Below, piece by piece: positions 1 to 8,419 of a stretch of 51,535 nucleotides of DNA. A model generated the notes under the pieces. The model was not told the origin of the DNA. It was given only the letters and a program-made list of their open reading frames with translations, and ran no database searches. The stretch's first letter is position 1. The number at the start of each line of letters is the position of its first letter. A program made the position numbers and the translations under genes. This DNA is from Candidatus Micrarchaeota archaeon (lineage in GTDB: Archaea; Micrarchaeota; Micrarchaeia; Norongarragalinales; UBA8480): positions 5,967-57,501 of the forward strand of contig CAZERP010000001.1 of the NCBI GenBank assembly GCA_964514805.1, written 5' to 3'.

Positions 1-49
1 ACATAATCACAATAAGGACAAACTGGAGTAGTGTAAAGCTTTAACATAA

Positions 50-502
50 TTATTTCAAGTCTCTTTTGTAATTTTTAAGCGCATGAGCCAATAATTTAAT
101 GTCATCTTTATTTACTGCCCAAGAAGGCGACATACTATCTGAATGCACTGCGTGCAGTTTTCCATTTTTAAATGCCGCAATTACCAAACTAGTCTTAGAG
201 TCAAATTTTCCTAATGCACTTTTGATTCTATATGATCTTACTTCTTCAAAAGTATTATGTGGAAAGGGATTGCGATCACCAGTTAAAATTTCGTCATGCT
301 CAATTTCCCCATCTCGTATGGCACGCCACATTTTAAGTAATCCTTTAACTTTATCGTGATCATACTCAACCGCTTGAATACGCTCAGTTGGACTAGTAAT
401 TTTAAATCTATCAAATCGTTTACCCAACTTTGTTTTACCGGGCCGTACAATTACTTCTAAATTATTATGAGCATATACCACTGCACTTTTCTTAGGTTTC
501 AT
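50..502 (-). CDS. hypothetical protein (no family recognised)
   Basis: 150-aa ATG-initiated ORF. The stop of the upstream wHTH gene lies only 6 nt from its start, so the two look like an operon. No motif could be assigned. Confidence 0.55.
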   Translation of the reverse strand: MKPKKSAVVYAHNNLEVIVRPGKTKLGKRFDRFKITSPTERIQAVEYDHDKVKGLLKMWRAIRDGEIEHDEILTGDRNPFPHNTFEEVRSYRIKSALGKFDSKTSLVIAAFKNGKLHAVHSDSMSPSWAVNKDDIKLLAHALKNYKRDLK

Positions 503-508
503 GTATAA

Positions 509-967
509 TCAACTTCTTGGTTCTAGTCTTTTCCATTCGAATGCAATTTTTTCTAGGTATATTGAGAATTGTGAGCTCCATTTGACTTTCATTTTTTGAC
601 TTTCTGGTTCGCGGTGTCGTTCAATCATACCTACCCTTACTAGTCGAGGGAGGACTTTGTTGTAAAAAGTAGCCTTACTAATAGTATTTTTGGAGACGAA
701 GTCACCAATTTCAGAGCTAGACATTGAGCCGCCTTTAGAAAGAAGCTCAGCTAAAAACAAATTGGAAACGTTATAGTAAGACTCACGGTACTTCTTCGGA
801 AATACGAATTGCAATACATCCCCGATGTTCCACGAAGTAGACATTCTAATTGCGCCCTGTTTACCTAGCACTTCATCTAATGAGTCTTTTCGTGGTAAGT
901 AAAGCTGCTCACTTGAAGGAATGCCTGTCTTTGGCCTGCGACCTTTACTTTCAACATTTTCTTCCAT
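509..967 (-). CDS. winged-helix (MarR/ArsR-like) DNA-binding protein
   Basis: 152 aa. The segment SSSEIGDFVSKNTISKATFYNKVLPRLVRVGMIERH has the helix-turn-helix plus wing pattern of wHTH regulators. Basic N-terminus. Confidence 0.6.
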   Translation of the reverse strand: MEENVESKGRRPKTGIPSSEQLYLPRKDSLDEVLGKQGAIRMSTSWNIGDVLQFVFPKKYRESYYNVSNLFLAELLSKGGSMSSSEIGDFVSKNTISKATFYNKVLPRLVRVGMIERHREPESQKMKVKWSSQFSIYLEKIAFEWKRLEPRS

Positions 968-1021
968 TTTTAATACCTAACCAATAAATATCATCACAGG
1001 TTTATTTATTAACTACTTTTC

Positions 1022-2716
1022 ATGGAAACCGAATTTCTAAACCTAGGAATAGTGCTAATACTTGCAACCATAGCCGGAGCCATAGCAGTTAGATTCAAAC
1101 AACCTGCCGTACTAGGACTACTACTAGTAGGCGCAATAGTAGGTCCACATCAACTAGGACTAGTAAAATCAACCGAAGTAATTAGCTTCATAGCAGAAAT
1201 CGGCGCAGTATTACTACTATTCGCAATCGGACTAGAATTCTCCGTATCTAAACTAAAAGAACATGGATTAGCCGCAGTATTAATTGCAAGTACTAAAATG
1301 CTAGTTATATTCGTACTAGGCTACCTAATTGCATCCGTACTAGGACTAAACCAAATAACCGCACTATACCTAGGTGCAATATTGTCAATTACAAGTACAG
1401 CAATTATGATCAAAATAGTAACCGAAAAACGTTACGAAAACAGACCCGAAGTACCCGTGCTAATATCTGTACTAATCGTAGAAGACATAATTGCAATCTT
1501 TCTACTAACAATATTTTCAACACTAACTGACACCACGAGCATTACAAATGTACTAACTATAGAATTAATTTCATCAATTCTACAAGCACTATTAATCTTT
1601 GGACTATTCTACTTAGTATTTTCAAAAATTGCAACACCCATACTAGAATGGCTATTTAAGTACCAAGCAGAAGAAACCACAAGCTTAACCTCACTATCAC
1701 TTGGAATTGGACTATCAATAGTAGCAACACTACTTGGACTACCCGCCTCAATTGGAGCATTCCTTGCAGGAAACTTAATAGCGTCAGTACCACAAAGCGA
1801 TAAATTCAAACACTCAGTTGAACCATTAATCTTAGTATTCGCATCACTATTTTTCGTCTCAGTAGGCCTAACAGTTAACGTTGCAGGCGCGATGAACAAC
1901 GCGCTAATAATAATTACCCTCATCATATTTGCGATTATAATCAAATACGTCGGAATGGCATTAACCGCCTACTTATTTGGAGTTAGTGAAGAGTCAGCCG
2001 CATTTACTGGACTTGCAATGCTATCAATAGGAGAATTTTCGCTACTAATCGCAAGTCAAGCCAACCCTGCACTACTAGGCGGCTTTGACTTAATCGGCAC
2101 CACATCCATTCTCGTATTCGTACTCGCACTAGCAAGCACAATTACAATAGACCACTACCGATACATCGCCCAATTAAGTGCAAAATTCGTGCCAACCAAA
2201 TTCAAAAGAATTGGACTTCACGCGTCAAGCAGAAGCAGAATTACACTACACTTACTTGAATCAATAAGTGGAGCAAGAAGCATATTTGGTAATACGATGG
2301 GACAAGCAAAGAACTATTTAGTCGGAGCAGGCGCATTAATTGGCACACTATTTTTAGTTTACGAAGCAAAACAACTATTTCACATCGAACTACAATCAAC
2401 CATCATCACTGCAATAACCGGAATAGTACTTATCATAGCTGGATTTTTAGCACTAAACGCCATATTAATAGTCAACAAAGCATACAATCAAATTAAAAGA
2501 AACATCCACGGATCACAATACTTAGAAAAATTATCCATATTCATATTAGCCGGAATAATTGTACTTTTGATGATATTATTTGGCCCTGCTTTTGGCGTAA
2601 ATCAACCAATAATAGAAACTATCATAATCGCCGTAATTATCGCACTCTTACTTAATAGCGCACTTAAAGATAAACAAGAAGAAAAAGAATACGGCTTGAT
2701 GTTCTTCAAAAAATAA
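1022..2716 (+). CDS. cation:proton antiporter, CPA2/Kef-type Na_H_Exchanger family membrane protein
   Basis: 564 aa and polytopic. The N-terminus GIVLILATIAGAIAVRFKQPAVLGLLLVGAIVGPHQLGLV is typical of the Kef/CPA2 family. No C-terminal RCK/TrkA domain is seen; extra TM helices are present instead. Confidence 0.85.
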   Translation: METEFLNLGIVLILATIAGAIAVRFKQPAVLGLLLVGAIVGPHQLGLVKSTEVISFIAEIGAVLLLFAIGLEFSVSKLKEHGLAAVLIASTKMLVIFVLGYLIASVLGLNQITALYLGAILSITSTAIMIKIVTEKRYENRPEVPVLISVLIVEDIIAIFLLTIFSTLTDTTSITNVLTIELISSILQALLIFGLFYLVFSKIATPILEWLFKYQAEETTSLTSLSLGIGLSIVATLLGLPASIGAFLAGNLIASVPQSDKFKHSVEPLILVFASLFFVSVGLTVNVAGAMNNALIIITLIIFAIIIKYVGMALTAYLFGVSEESAAFTGLAMLSIGEFSLLIASQANPALLGGFDLIGTTSILVFVLALASTITIDHYRYIAQLSAKFVPTKFKRIGLHASSRSRITLHLLESISGARSIFGNTMGQAKNYLVGAGALIGTLFLVYEAKQLFHIELQSTIITAITGIVLIIAGFLALNAILIVNKAYNQIKRNIHGSQYLEKLSIFILAGIIVLLMILFGPAFGVNQPIIETIIIAVIIALLLNSALKDKQEEKEYGLMFFKK

Positions 2717-2733
2717 GAGGTTTAAAATATAAC

Positions 2734-3066
2734 TTGAAAATTCACGAACACGTAAAACACTACGCACATAAATTCTTCGAACACGCACGCGAACCTTTAC
2801 GCAAAAAGGAAGACGAAGCAAAACATGCCCACAAACTAGATCATGAACAGACACACACGATAACTACTAACGCAGTTGAAATGACTTATAAAAAAGCAGA
2901 ACAGCGCCACGCGTTAATTAGACACGCAGTTTCAATGCACAAAAAGCACCACTTTGCTAGAGGCCAAAGTTCACCCCGAGAATCTAATGCACATCCACTT
3001 GTAGCGCATGCAGTTAAGGGTTTTAAATCTAAACACGGCAAACCATTACAAGGTGCAAAGAAATAG
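2734..3066 (+). CDS. histidine-rich small basic protein (unknown function)
   Basis: 110-aa ORF with a TTG start and GAGGT 12-13 nt upstream. 17 His residues (HEHVKHYAHKFFEH, KHAHKLDHEQTH, MHKKHH). It fills an otherwise empty gap, and its stop lies 1 nt before the dcd ATG. Confidence 0.5.
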   Translation: MKIHEHVKHYAHKFFEHAREPLRKKEDEAKHAHKLDHEQTHTITTNAVEMTYKKAEQRHALIRHAVSMHKKHHFARGQSSPRESNAHPLVAHAVKGFKSKHGKPLQGAKK

Positions 3067-3067
3067 T

Positions 3068-3625
3068 ATGATTCTTTCAGATACGGATATTATTAAAGAA
3101 ATAAAAAAAGGCCACGTAAAAATTGAGCCATTTAATGAAGAACGCGTGCAACCTGCAAGTGTTGACTTAACATTAAAAAACAGCTTTCGTGTATTTTCAC
3201 ACCAACACGCCGCACTAATAGACCCTAAAGAAACTCTTTCAAGTTACACCGAAGAAGTAAAAATTACTGAAGGTAAACCATTCATAATTCACCCGGGAGA
3301 ATTTGTACTAGGTTCAACTAAAGAAACAGTTGAAATACCAACGGACATGGTAGCTAGAATTGAAGGCAAAAGCTCACTAGGTAGACTAGGAATAATAGTA
3401 CATGCAACTGCTGGATTTGTAGACCCGGGATTCAAAGGAGATTTAACTCTTGAAATTTCAAACGTTGGAAAAATTCCAGTCGCGTTATACCCCGACATGA
3501 GAATAGCTCAACTTTCCCTAATGTACTTATCATCACCCGCGACACACCCTTACGGAGTTAAGAATAACTACCAAGGACAAACAGGAGCAACAGAATCACG
3601 ACTAAGTAAATACCTATTCAAATAG
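3068..3625 (+). CDS. dcd: dCTP deaminase (Dcd family, possibly bifunctional dCTP deaminase/dUTPase as in some archaea)
   Basis: Motifs VQPASVDLTL, GEFVLGSTKETVEIP and GKSSLGRLGIIVHATAGFVDPGFKGDLTLEISN. Start placed at MILSDTD (ATG 3068, GGTG 14 nt upstream) rather than ORF-track 3008, which overlaps the previous ORF. Confidence 0.9.
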   Translation: MILSDTDIIKEIKKGHVKIEPFNEERVQPASVDLTLKNSFRVFSHQHAALIDPKETLSSYTEEVKITEGKPFIIHPGEFVLGSTKETVEIPTDMVARIEGKSSLGRLGIIVHATAGFVDPGFKGDLTLEISNVGKIPVALYPDMRIAQLSLMYLSSPATHPYGVKNNYQGQTGATESRLSKYLFK

Positions 3626-3647
3626 GTTTTTATCCCTCTTTTTCCTT
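3626..3647 (+). terminator. pyrimidine-tract (oligo-T) terminator candidate after dcd
   Basis: gtttttatccctctttttcctt lies directly after the stop. It shares the CCTCTTTTT core with other gene ends in the window. Confidence 0.35.
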
Positions 3648-3659
3648 ACTAATTCTCAT

Positions 3660-4397
3660 ATGTCAAGTGATAGTGGAAAATTATTTTTCTATTCAATAAT
3701 TGGCTTCTTTGGCGGATTATACATTTTTTACCTGGGATTCAAAAACTTACGTAAAAAACAATTAATAGAAAACACTCCCACCAGTAAAGTTAGAAGTATG
3801 GCTATGGGCCAAGTTGAAGTAATAGGCGCGGCGCTGCCATTTGAAAATCCGATTAAAAGTCCATTCACAAATACACCTTGCGTTTACTATAGGTGGACTG
3901 TAGAAGAGTACAGACGAAGTAAAAATAGCAGCTACTGGGCAGAAATTGCAAAAGGAGCATCAAAGAACCGATTCTACCTACAAGACGATACAGGAAAAGT
4001 GTTAATAGACCCAGACGGAGCAGAAGTTGACATACCACACGACTTACAAACTCAAATAAAAACACCAGCCATAGATGCGTTCTTAACTGCAAACAAAATA
4101 TCTTCCAAAGCATGGTTTTTTGGAAGACAACTAAGATACACTGAATACTACATAACGCCAAAAGAAACAATGTACGTATTAGGCTACGCAGGTAAAAACC
4201 CGTTAGTTAAAAGTAGCGCTAAAAATGAAGAACTAATAATGATACAAAAAGGCGCAGAAGTATACTACATAAGTGATAAACCGGAAAAGAACGTTTTATC
4301 TGGCTTAAACTGGACATCATATGGGTTTATTGCAGGAGGAATTGGCTTAAGTTTAATTTGTCTTGCAATAATTCTAGGCTATTTAAGAATACTTTAG
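3660..4397 (+). CDS. GIDE-domain membrane protein (LemA-associated)
   Basis: 245 aa with N- and C-terminal TM helices. The central segment TSKVRSMAMGQVEVIGAALPFENPIKSPFTNTPCVYYRWTVEEY matches the prokaryotic GIDE pattern. It lies directly upstream of lemA. Confidence 0.7.
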   Translation: MSSDSGKLFFYSIIGFFGGLYIFYLGFKNLRKKQLIENTPTSKVRSMAMGQVEVIGAALPFENPIKSPFTNTPCVYYRWTVEEYRRSKNSSYWAEIAKGASKNRFYLQDDTGKVLIDPDGAEVDIPHDLQTQIKTPAIDAFLTANKISSKAWFFGRQLRYTEYYITPKETMYVLGYAGKNPLVKSSAKNEELIMIQKGAEVYYISDKPEKNVLSGLNWTSYGFIAGGIGLSLICLAIILGYLRIL

Positions 4398-4449
4398 TTT
4401 AAATATTTAAAAATACTAAAAACTATCAAAGAGGTTTTATTAAAAAAAT

Positions 4450-5019
4450 ATGGCACTCGGATTAATCATCGTAATACTCGTAGCAGTTTTACTAATAGTA
4501 GTAGCATTCGCGCTATACTTTGTAATGGTTTACAACGGACTAGTACAATTAAAGAACAACATCAAAAAGTCCTTCGCAAACATCGATGTATTATTAAAAC
4601 AAAGAGCAGAAGAACTACCAAAACTAGTAGACACAGTTAAAGGATACATGAAGCACGAAAAAGAAATCCTAACCGAAGTTACAAAAGCTAGAACTGCATT
4701 CATGAACGCTAAAACAGTAGGAGAAAAAGCAGCAGCCGACAACATGATGACTGGAACACTCAAAACACTCTTCGCCGTTGCTGAAAACTACCCACAACTC
4801 AAAGCCAATGAAAACTTCAACCAACTACAAAGTCGAATCAGCGGAATTGAAAACGAACTAGCAGACAGAAGAGAATTCTACAACGATAGCGTCAACACAT
4901 ACAACATTCGAATAGCGTCATTTCCTGACATGATCATTGCAAACATGCTTCACTACACCGCAGAAGAAATGTTCAAAGCAACCGAAGAAGAAAGAAAAGA
5001 CGTCAAAATCTCATTCTAA
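4450..5019 (+). CDS. lemA: LemA family protein
   Basis: 189 aa with an N-terminal TM helix. Segments YNGLVQLKNNIKKSFANIDVLLKQRAEELPKLV, ENYPQLKANENFNQLQ and RREFYNDSVNTYN are typical of LemA. Confidence 0.9.
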   Translation: MALGLIIVILVAVLLIVVAFALYFVMVYNGLVQLKNNIKKSFANIDVLLKQRAEELPKLVDTVKGYMKHEKEILTEVTKARTAFMNAKTVGEKAAADNMMTGTLKTLFAVAENYPQLKANENFNQLQSRISGIENELADRREFYNDSVNTYNIRIASFPDMIIANMLHYTAEEMFKATEEERKDVKISF

Positions 5020-5050
5020 CTTCCCCCTCCTTTCCTCTTTTTTTCCTTTT
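5020..5050 (+). terminator. pyrimidine-tract terminator candidate after lemA
   Basis: cttccccctcctttcctctttttttcctttt, a 31-nt pure pyrimidine run starting 1 nt after the stop. Confidence 0.4.
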
Positions 5051-5154
5051 AATCTCCACGCGAACTTCTCATTTTAAAAAAAAAGCGTACTTGGTGTTTT
5101 AATACAAATTTATCATATCTAGTTTTAACAAAATAAAGGTGAAATTTTTAGTAA

Positions 5155-5529
5155 ATGACCTACGTAGACGGTTTTGTCTTAGTTATCCGTAAAGACAAAG
5201 TTAAAGATTATGAAAAAATGGCTAAACTTGGCAGTAAAGTTTGGAAAAAACACGGCGCGCTGCAATACTTTGAGTGCATTGGAGATGACATTAACCCAAA
5301 AATGGCCGGAATTAAAGGAAATTCATTTCCAAAGATGACTAAATTAAAGAAAAACGAAACAGTGTGGTTTTCTTTTATCATTTTCAAATCCAAAGCTCAC
5401 CGTGACAGTGTTAACGCGAAGGTTATGAAAGACCCAGCTATGAGCCCAGAGAATTGGAAAGATAAGCCAATGCCATTTGACATGAAAAGAATGGCATATG
5501 GTGGTTTTAAAACAATAGTCGAGGCGTAA
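5155..5529 (+). CDS. DUF1428 family protein
   Basis: MTYVDGFVLVI...HGALQYFECIGDD...ETVWFSFIIFKSKAHRDSVNAKVMKDPAM fits the DUF1428 pattern. AAGGTGA lies upstream. Confidence 0.85.
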   Translation: MTYVDGFVLVIRKDKVKDYEKMAKLGSKVWKKHGALQYFECIGDDINPKMAGIKGNSFPKMTKLKKNETVWFSFIIFKSKAHRDSVNAKVMKDPAMSPENWKDKPMPFDMKRMAYGGFKTIVEA

Positions 5530-5538
5530 AATAAAATT

Positions 5539-5937
5539 ATGAAGAAAATGAATCCAGTTGTGCATTTTGAAATGCCATACGAAAATAGCGAACGTTTAAC
5601 CAAATTCTATAACACTGTATTTGGTTGGCAACTACATGGAACCGGACCAGAAATGGGCGACTACGTAACCGCAGCTACAACCGAGACGGACGATAAAAGA
5701 ATGGTAAAAACACCTGGCGCGATAAACGGAGGTTTCTACCCTAAGTCAAGTGGAGCTCCATTAGAACCATCAGTAGTAATAGCAGTAGATGATATTGAAG
5801 CATCAATGAAAGAAATTACTCGAAACGGCGGAAAAATTCTAGGACACCCAGTTGACATACCCGGAGTAGGAAAATACGTATCATTTACTGACACAGAAGG
5901 TAACAGAGCAAGTATTTTACAACCAAAGAAAATGTAA
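5539..5937 (+). CDS. VOC (glyoxalase/bleomycin-resistance fold) family protein
   Basis: VVHFEMPYENSERLTKFYNTVFGWQL ... GKYVSFTDTEGNRASILQP, a typical single-domain VOC protein. Confidence 0.85.
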   Translation: MKKMNPVVHFEMPYENSERLTKFYNTVFGWQLHGTGPEMGDYVTAATTETDDKRMVKTPGAINGGFYPKSSGAPLEPSVVIAVDDIEASMKEITRNGGKILGHPVDIPGVGKYVSFTDTEGNRASILQPKKM

Positions 5938-5959
5938 AAAAAAGAGAGGATAAGAAAGT
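5938..5959 (-). terminator. pyrimidine-tract terminator candidate after asnS
   Basis: The minus strand reads actttcttatcctctctttttt immediately after the asnS stop. Confidence 0.35.
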
Positions 5960-7282
5960 TTATGGTGTCCATCTGTGCATTGTTCTTGGGAATGCAATGG
6001 CATCTTTAATGTTTTCCAAGCCACAGATCCATCTTACTACTCTTTCTATTCCCATTCCATAACCCGCGTGTGGAACTGAACCGTATTTTCTAAGGTCCAT
6101 ATACCACTCGTAGTTTTCTGGTTTTTCTCCTTCGCGTTCTAGTCCTTTTTTGAGTTCTTCAATGTCAATTTCACGTTGAGAACCACCGACTATTTCTCCA
6201 TACCCTTCAGGAGCTAGCATGTCAAAACAAAGAGCGGTTTTAGGATCTTTAGGGTCAGCTGGCTTGTAGAACGCCATGATTTCTTTAGGATAATTAGTTA
6301 CCACTACTGGAGTATCGAAGTGTTTCATTAGTTCTTCTTCTTCTATTGTGCGAAGATCTTTACCCCAAGGCACTTCAATCTTGCACTTGTCTTTTAGTAC
6401 TTTAAGCGCGTCAGTGTATGTGATAGTTGGGTATTCTTTTTCAAGACAAACTTTAAGTTTACTGACATCTCTGCCTAGAATTTCGACTAGTTCTTTTTCG
6501 TGTTTTTCAAGAACTCTTGTTAAAATGAACTTAATTTTTTCTTTAGCAAGTTTAGACGCGTCATCTAAGTTACCCCATGCCATTTCCATTTCGCTGTGCC
6601 AAAACTCGGTTAAGTGTCTTGACGTTTTGCTTGCTTCTGCGCGGAATGATGGTGAAACGCAGTAGATTTTTTCAAGTGCGAATATTCCTGCTTCTCCATA
6701 TAATTGCCAGCTTTGAGTTAGGTATACTTTTTCTTTGAAGTATTTAACTTCAAAAAGTGTGGCTCCTCCTTCGCAGGCGTTTGGAGTAAAGATTGGCGGG
6801 TCGAATATTAGGAAGCCTTTTTGTCTGTAAAAGTCATGAATTGCTTGGATTACTGTACTTCGAATGCGAAGGATAGTAGTCATGTATCTGCTTCTAATCC
6901 ACAAGTGGCGGTAGTTTAGTAAGTGTTCTGTGGATTGGTCTTTGGTAATTGGGTAAATTTCTGCGAAGTGAACTACTTCAAATTTAGTAGCTTGTATTTC
7001 AAAACCACCAGGCGCTCTTTTGTCTGCTACTACTTTACCGGTTACTATTACGCTGCTTTCTACTAGGGCTTTTTGTGAGTTTTCAAAGCTTGTAACGTCA
7101 ACTTTGTCTTGTTTTATTGTGCATTGTAATACACCAGTTGCGTCGCGTATTTGAACGAATGATACTCCTCCGCTTGAACGGGTTCGGTAAATCCATCCTC
7201 TAATTGTAGTAACTTTGTCGGCAAATGTACCATTTAAAACGTTTGAAATTTCCTGTATCATAATAGAAAAACTACCCTTCAT
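5960..7282 (-). CDS. asnS: asparagine--tRNA ligase (class IIb, archaeal-size)
   Basis: 440 aa. Motifs GGSQRE, YEWYMDLRKYGSVPHAGYGMGIERV and AFPRT discriminate AsnRS from AspRS. An alternative start exists at MIQEISN (7261). Confidence 0.9.
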   Translation of the reverse strand: MKGSFSIMIQEISNVLNGTFADKVTTIRGWIYRTRSSGGVSFVQIRDATGVLQCTIKQDKVDVTSFENSQKALVESSVIVTGKVVADKRAPGGFEIQATKFEVVHFAEIYPITKDQSTEHLLNYRHLWIRSRYMTTILRIRSTVIQAIHDFYRQKGFLIFDPPIFTPNACEGGATLFEVKYFKEKVYLTQSWQLYGEAGIFALEKIYCVSPSFRAEASKTSRHLTEFWHSEMEMAWGNLDDASKLAKEKIKFILTRVLEKHEKELVEILGRDVSKLKVCLEKEYPTITYTDALKVLKDKCKIEVPWGKDLRTIEEEELMKHFDTPVVVTNYPKEIMAFYKPADPKDPKTALCFDMLAPEGYGEIVGGSQREIDIEELKKGLEREGEKPENYEWYMDLRKYGSVPHAGYGMGIERVVRWICGLENIKDAIAFPRTMHRWTP

Positions 7283-7392
7283 AACTTTTTTTTAAAAAAA
7301 AGCACTAGCATATAAATTAAGAGTTTTTAATTAATATTGGTACATAAACACTAATAAAAAACCCTTTACTACCTCAAGTTAAATTCAATTCA

Positions 7393-8409
7393 GTGATTAA
7401 TAAAAAAATGGACTTAAACCTCATTCTACTTAGCATTATTGTAAGTGCAGTGACTACTTACGTGTTAACGCCTTGGATTATCTACAAAGCGCAAAAACTC
7501 AAACTCGTTGGTTTTGATGTCAATAAAAGTGACAAACGACCAGTTGCTAATTTTGGTGGTTTTGCAATAGTTGGCGCGCTAGTAACTGCAATTTTAGTCG
7601 CGATTCTAATTTTTACTTTTTACAGTAAAGATTCGAGTGTTATAATTTACTTACTTGCAAGTATTAGTTCAATTTTAATAGTAAGCATTATCGGCGTACT
7701 TGACGATCTCTTTAAGTTACATCATAAAGCTAAGGTCCTCTTACCTGTAGCAGGGGCGTTGCCATTAATGGCAATTAAAGCAGGAGAAACAATAGTCGGA
7801 ATTCCATTTATCGGTCCAGTCGACCTAGGCGTACTATACACATTCATAGTTATTCCACTTGGAATTACCGGCGCGGCAAACGCGACAAACATGGCTGCTG
7901 GCTACAATGGACTAGAAGCCGGAATTGGCGCAATAGTAGCCGCCGCATTACTCCTAATTGCAATTAACACTAACGCACTTGCACCTGCATTGATACTTGC
8001 CGCGCTTCTTGGAGCGTGCATTATGTTCCTTAAATTTAACTGGACTCCAGCTAAAGTATTCCCGGCAGATATTGGAACATATGCAATTGGAACTACAATT
8101 GCAGCGGCGGCAATTATGGGAAACATGGAAAAATACGCAGTAATCGCAATATTACCCGCGTTTTACGAATTATTAGCCACGATTTACTATGAAGCAAGGG
8201 GAGTTAAAAGAAGAGAAATATGCCACGCACCTTTAATTTCAAGTGATGGAAAAATCACGCCACCAAAAGGAAGTGAAAAATTCACACTTGCATTCTTAAC
8301 TCTTGCCGTTTTCGGAAGCGACAAGGAAAGAAACTTAGTTCTAAAATTATTATCTTTCTTTGCAATTACTTCAGTTATTAGTTTACTTATGTATTACTTT
8401 AAAGTCTAA
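7393..8409 (+). CDS. UDP-GlcNAc:dolichyl-phosphate GlcNAc-1-phosphate transferase-like (MraY/WecA/GPT family, AglH-like)
   Basis: Polytopic membrane protein with GVLDDLFKL and ANATNMAAGYNGLEAG motifs of the polyprenyl-phosphate HexNAc-1-P transferases. GTG start; an alternative ATG is at 7408. Confidence 0.85.
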   Translation: MINKKMDLNLILLSIIVSAVTTYVLTPWIIYKAQKLKLVGFDVNKSDKRPVANFGGFAIVGALVTAILVAILIFTFYSKDSSVIIYLLASISSILIVSIIGVLDDLFKLHHKAKVLLPVAGALPLMAIKAGETIVGIPFIGPVDLGVLYTFIVIPLGITGAANATNMAAGYNGLEAGIGAIVAAALLLIAINTNALAPALILAALLGACIMFLKFNWTPAKVFPADIGTYAIGTTIAAAAIMGNMEKYAVIAILPAFYELLATIYYEARGVKRREICHAPLISSDGKITPPKGSEKFTLAFLTLAVFGSDKERNLVLKLLSFFAITSVISLLMYYFKV

Positions 8410-8419
8410 TTGAATTTTT

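Noticed and set aside
1609-1944. Antisense ORFs inside membrane-protein genes (1609-1944, 3865-4170, 41283-41648, 41772-42065, 10381-10737)
   Set aside because: All are embedded opposite strongly supported transporter, flippase or AglB genes. None has a family resemblance. Long antisense ORFs are expected in genes with biased codon usage.
3008-3067. 20-codon N-terminal extension of dcd given in the ORF track (start 3008)
   Set aside because: It overlaps the His-rich ORF. Dcd homologs begin at the MILSDTDI-type N-terminus. The ATG at 3068 has GGTG 14 nt upstream.
7286-7306. ttttttttaaaaaaaa palindrome in the asnS / aglH-like divergent region
   Set aside because: This is a pure A/T homopolymer junction. 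It is indistinguishable from generic AT-rich promoter spacer and carries no specific information content.
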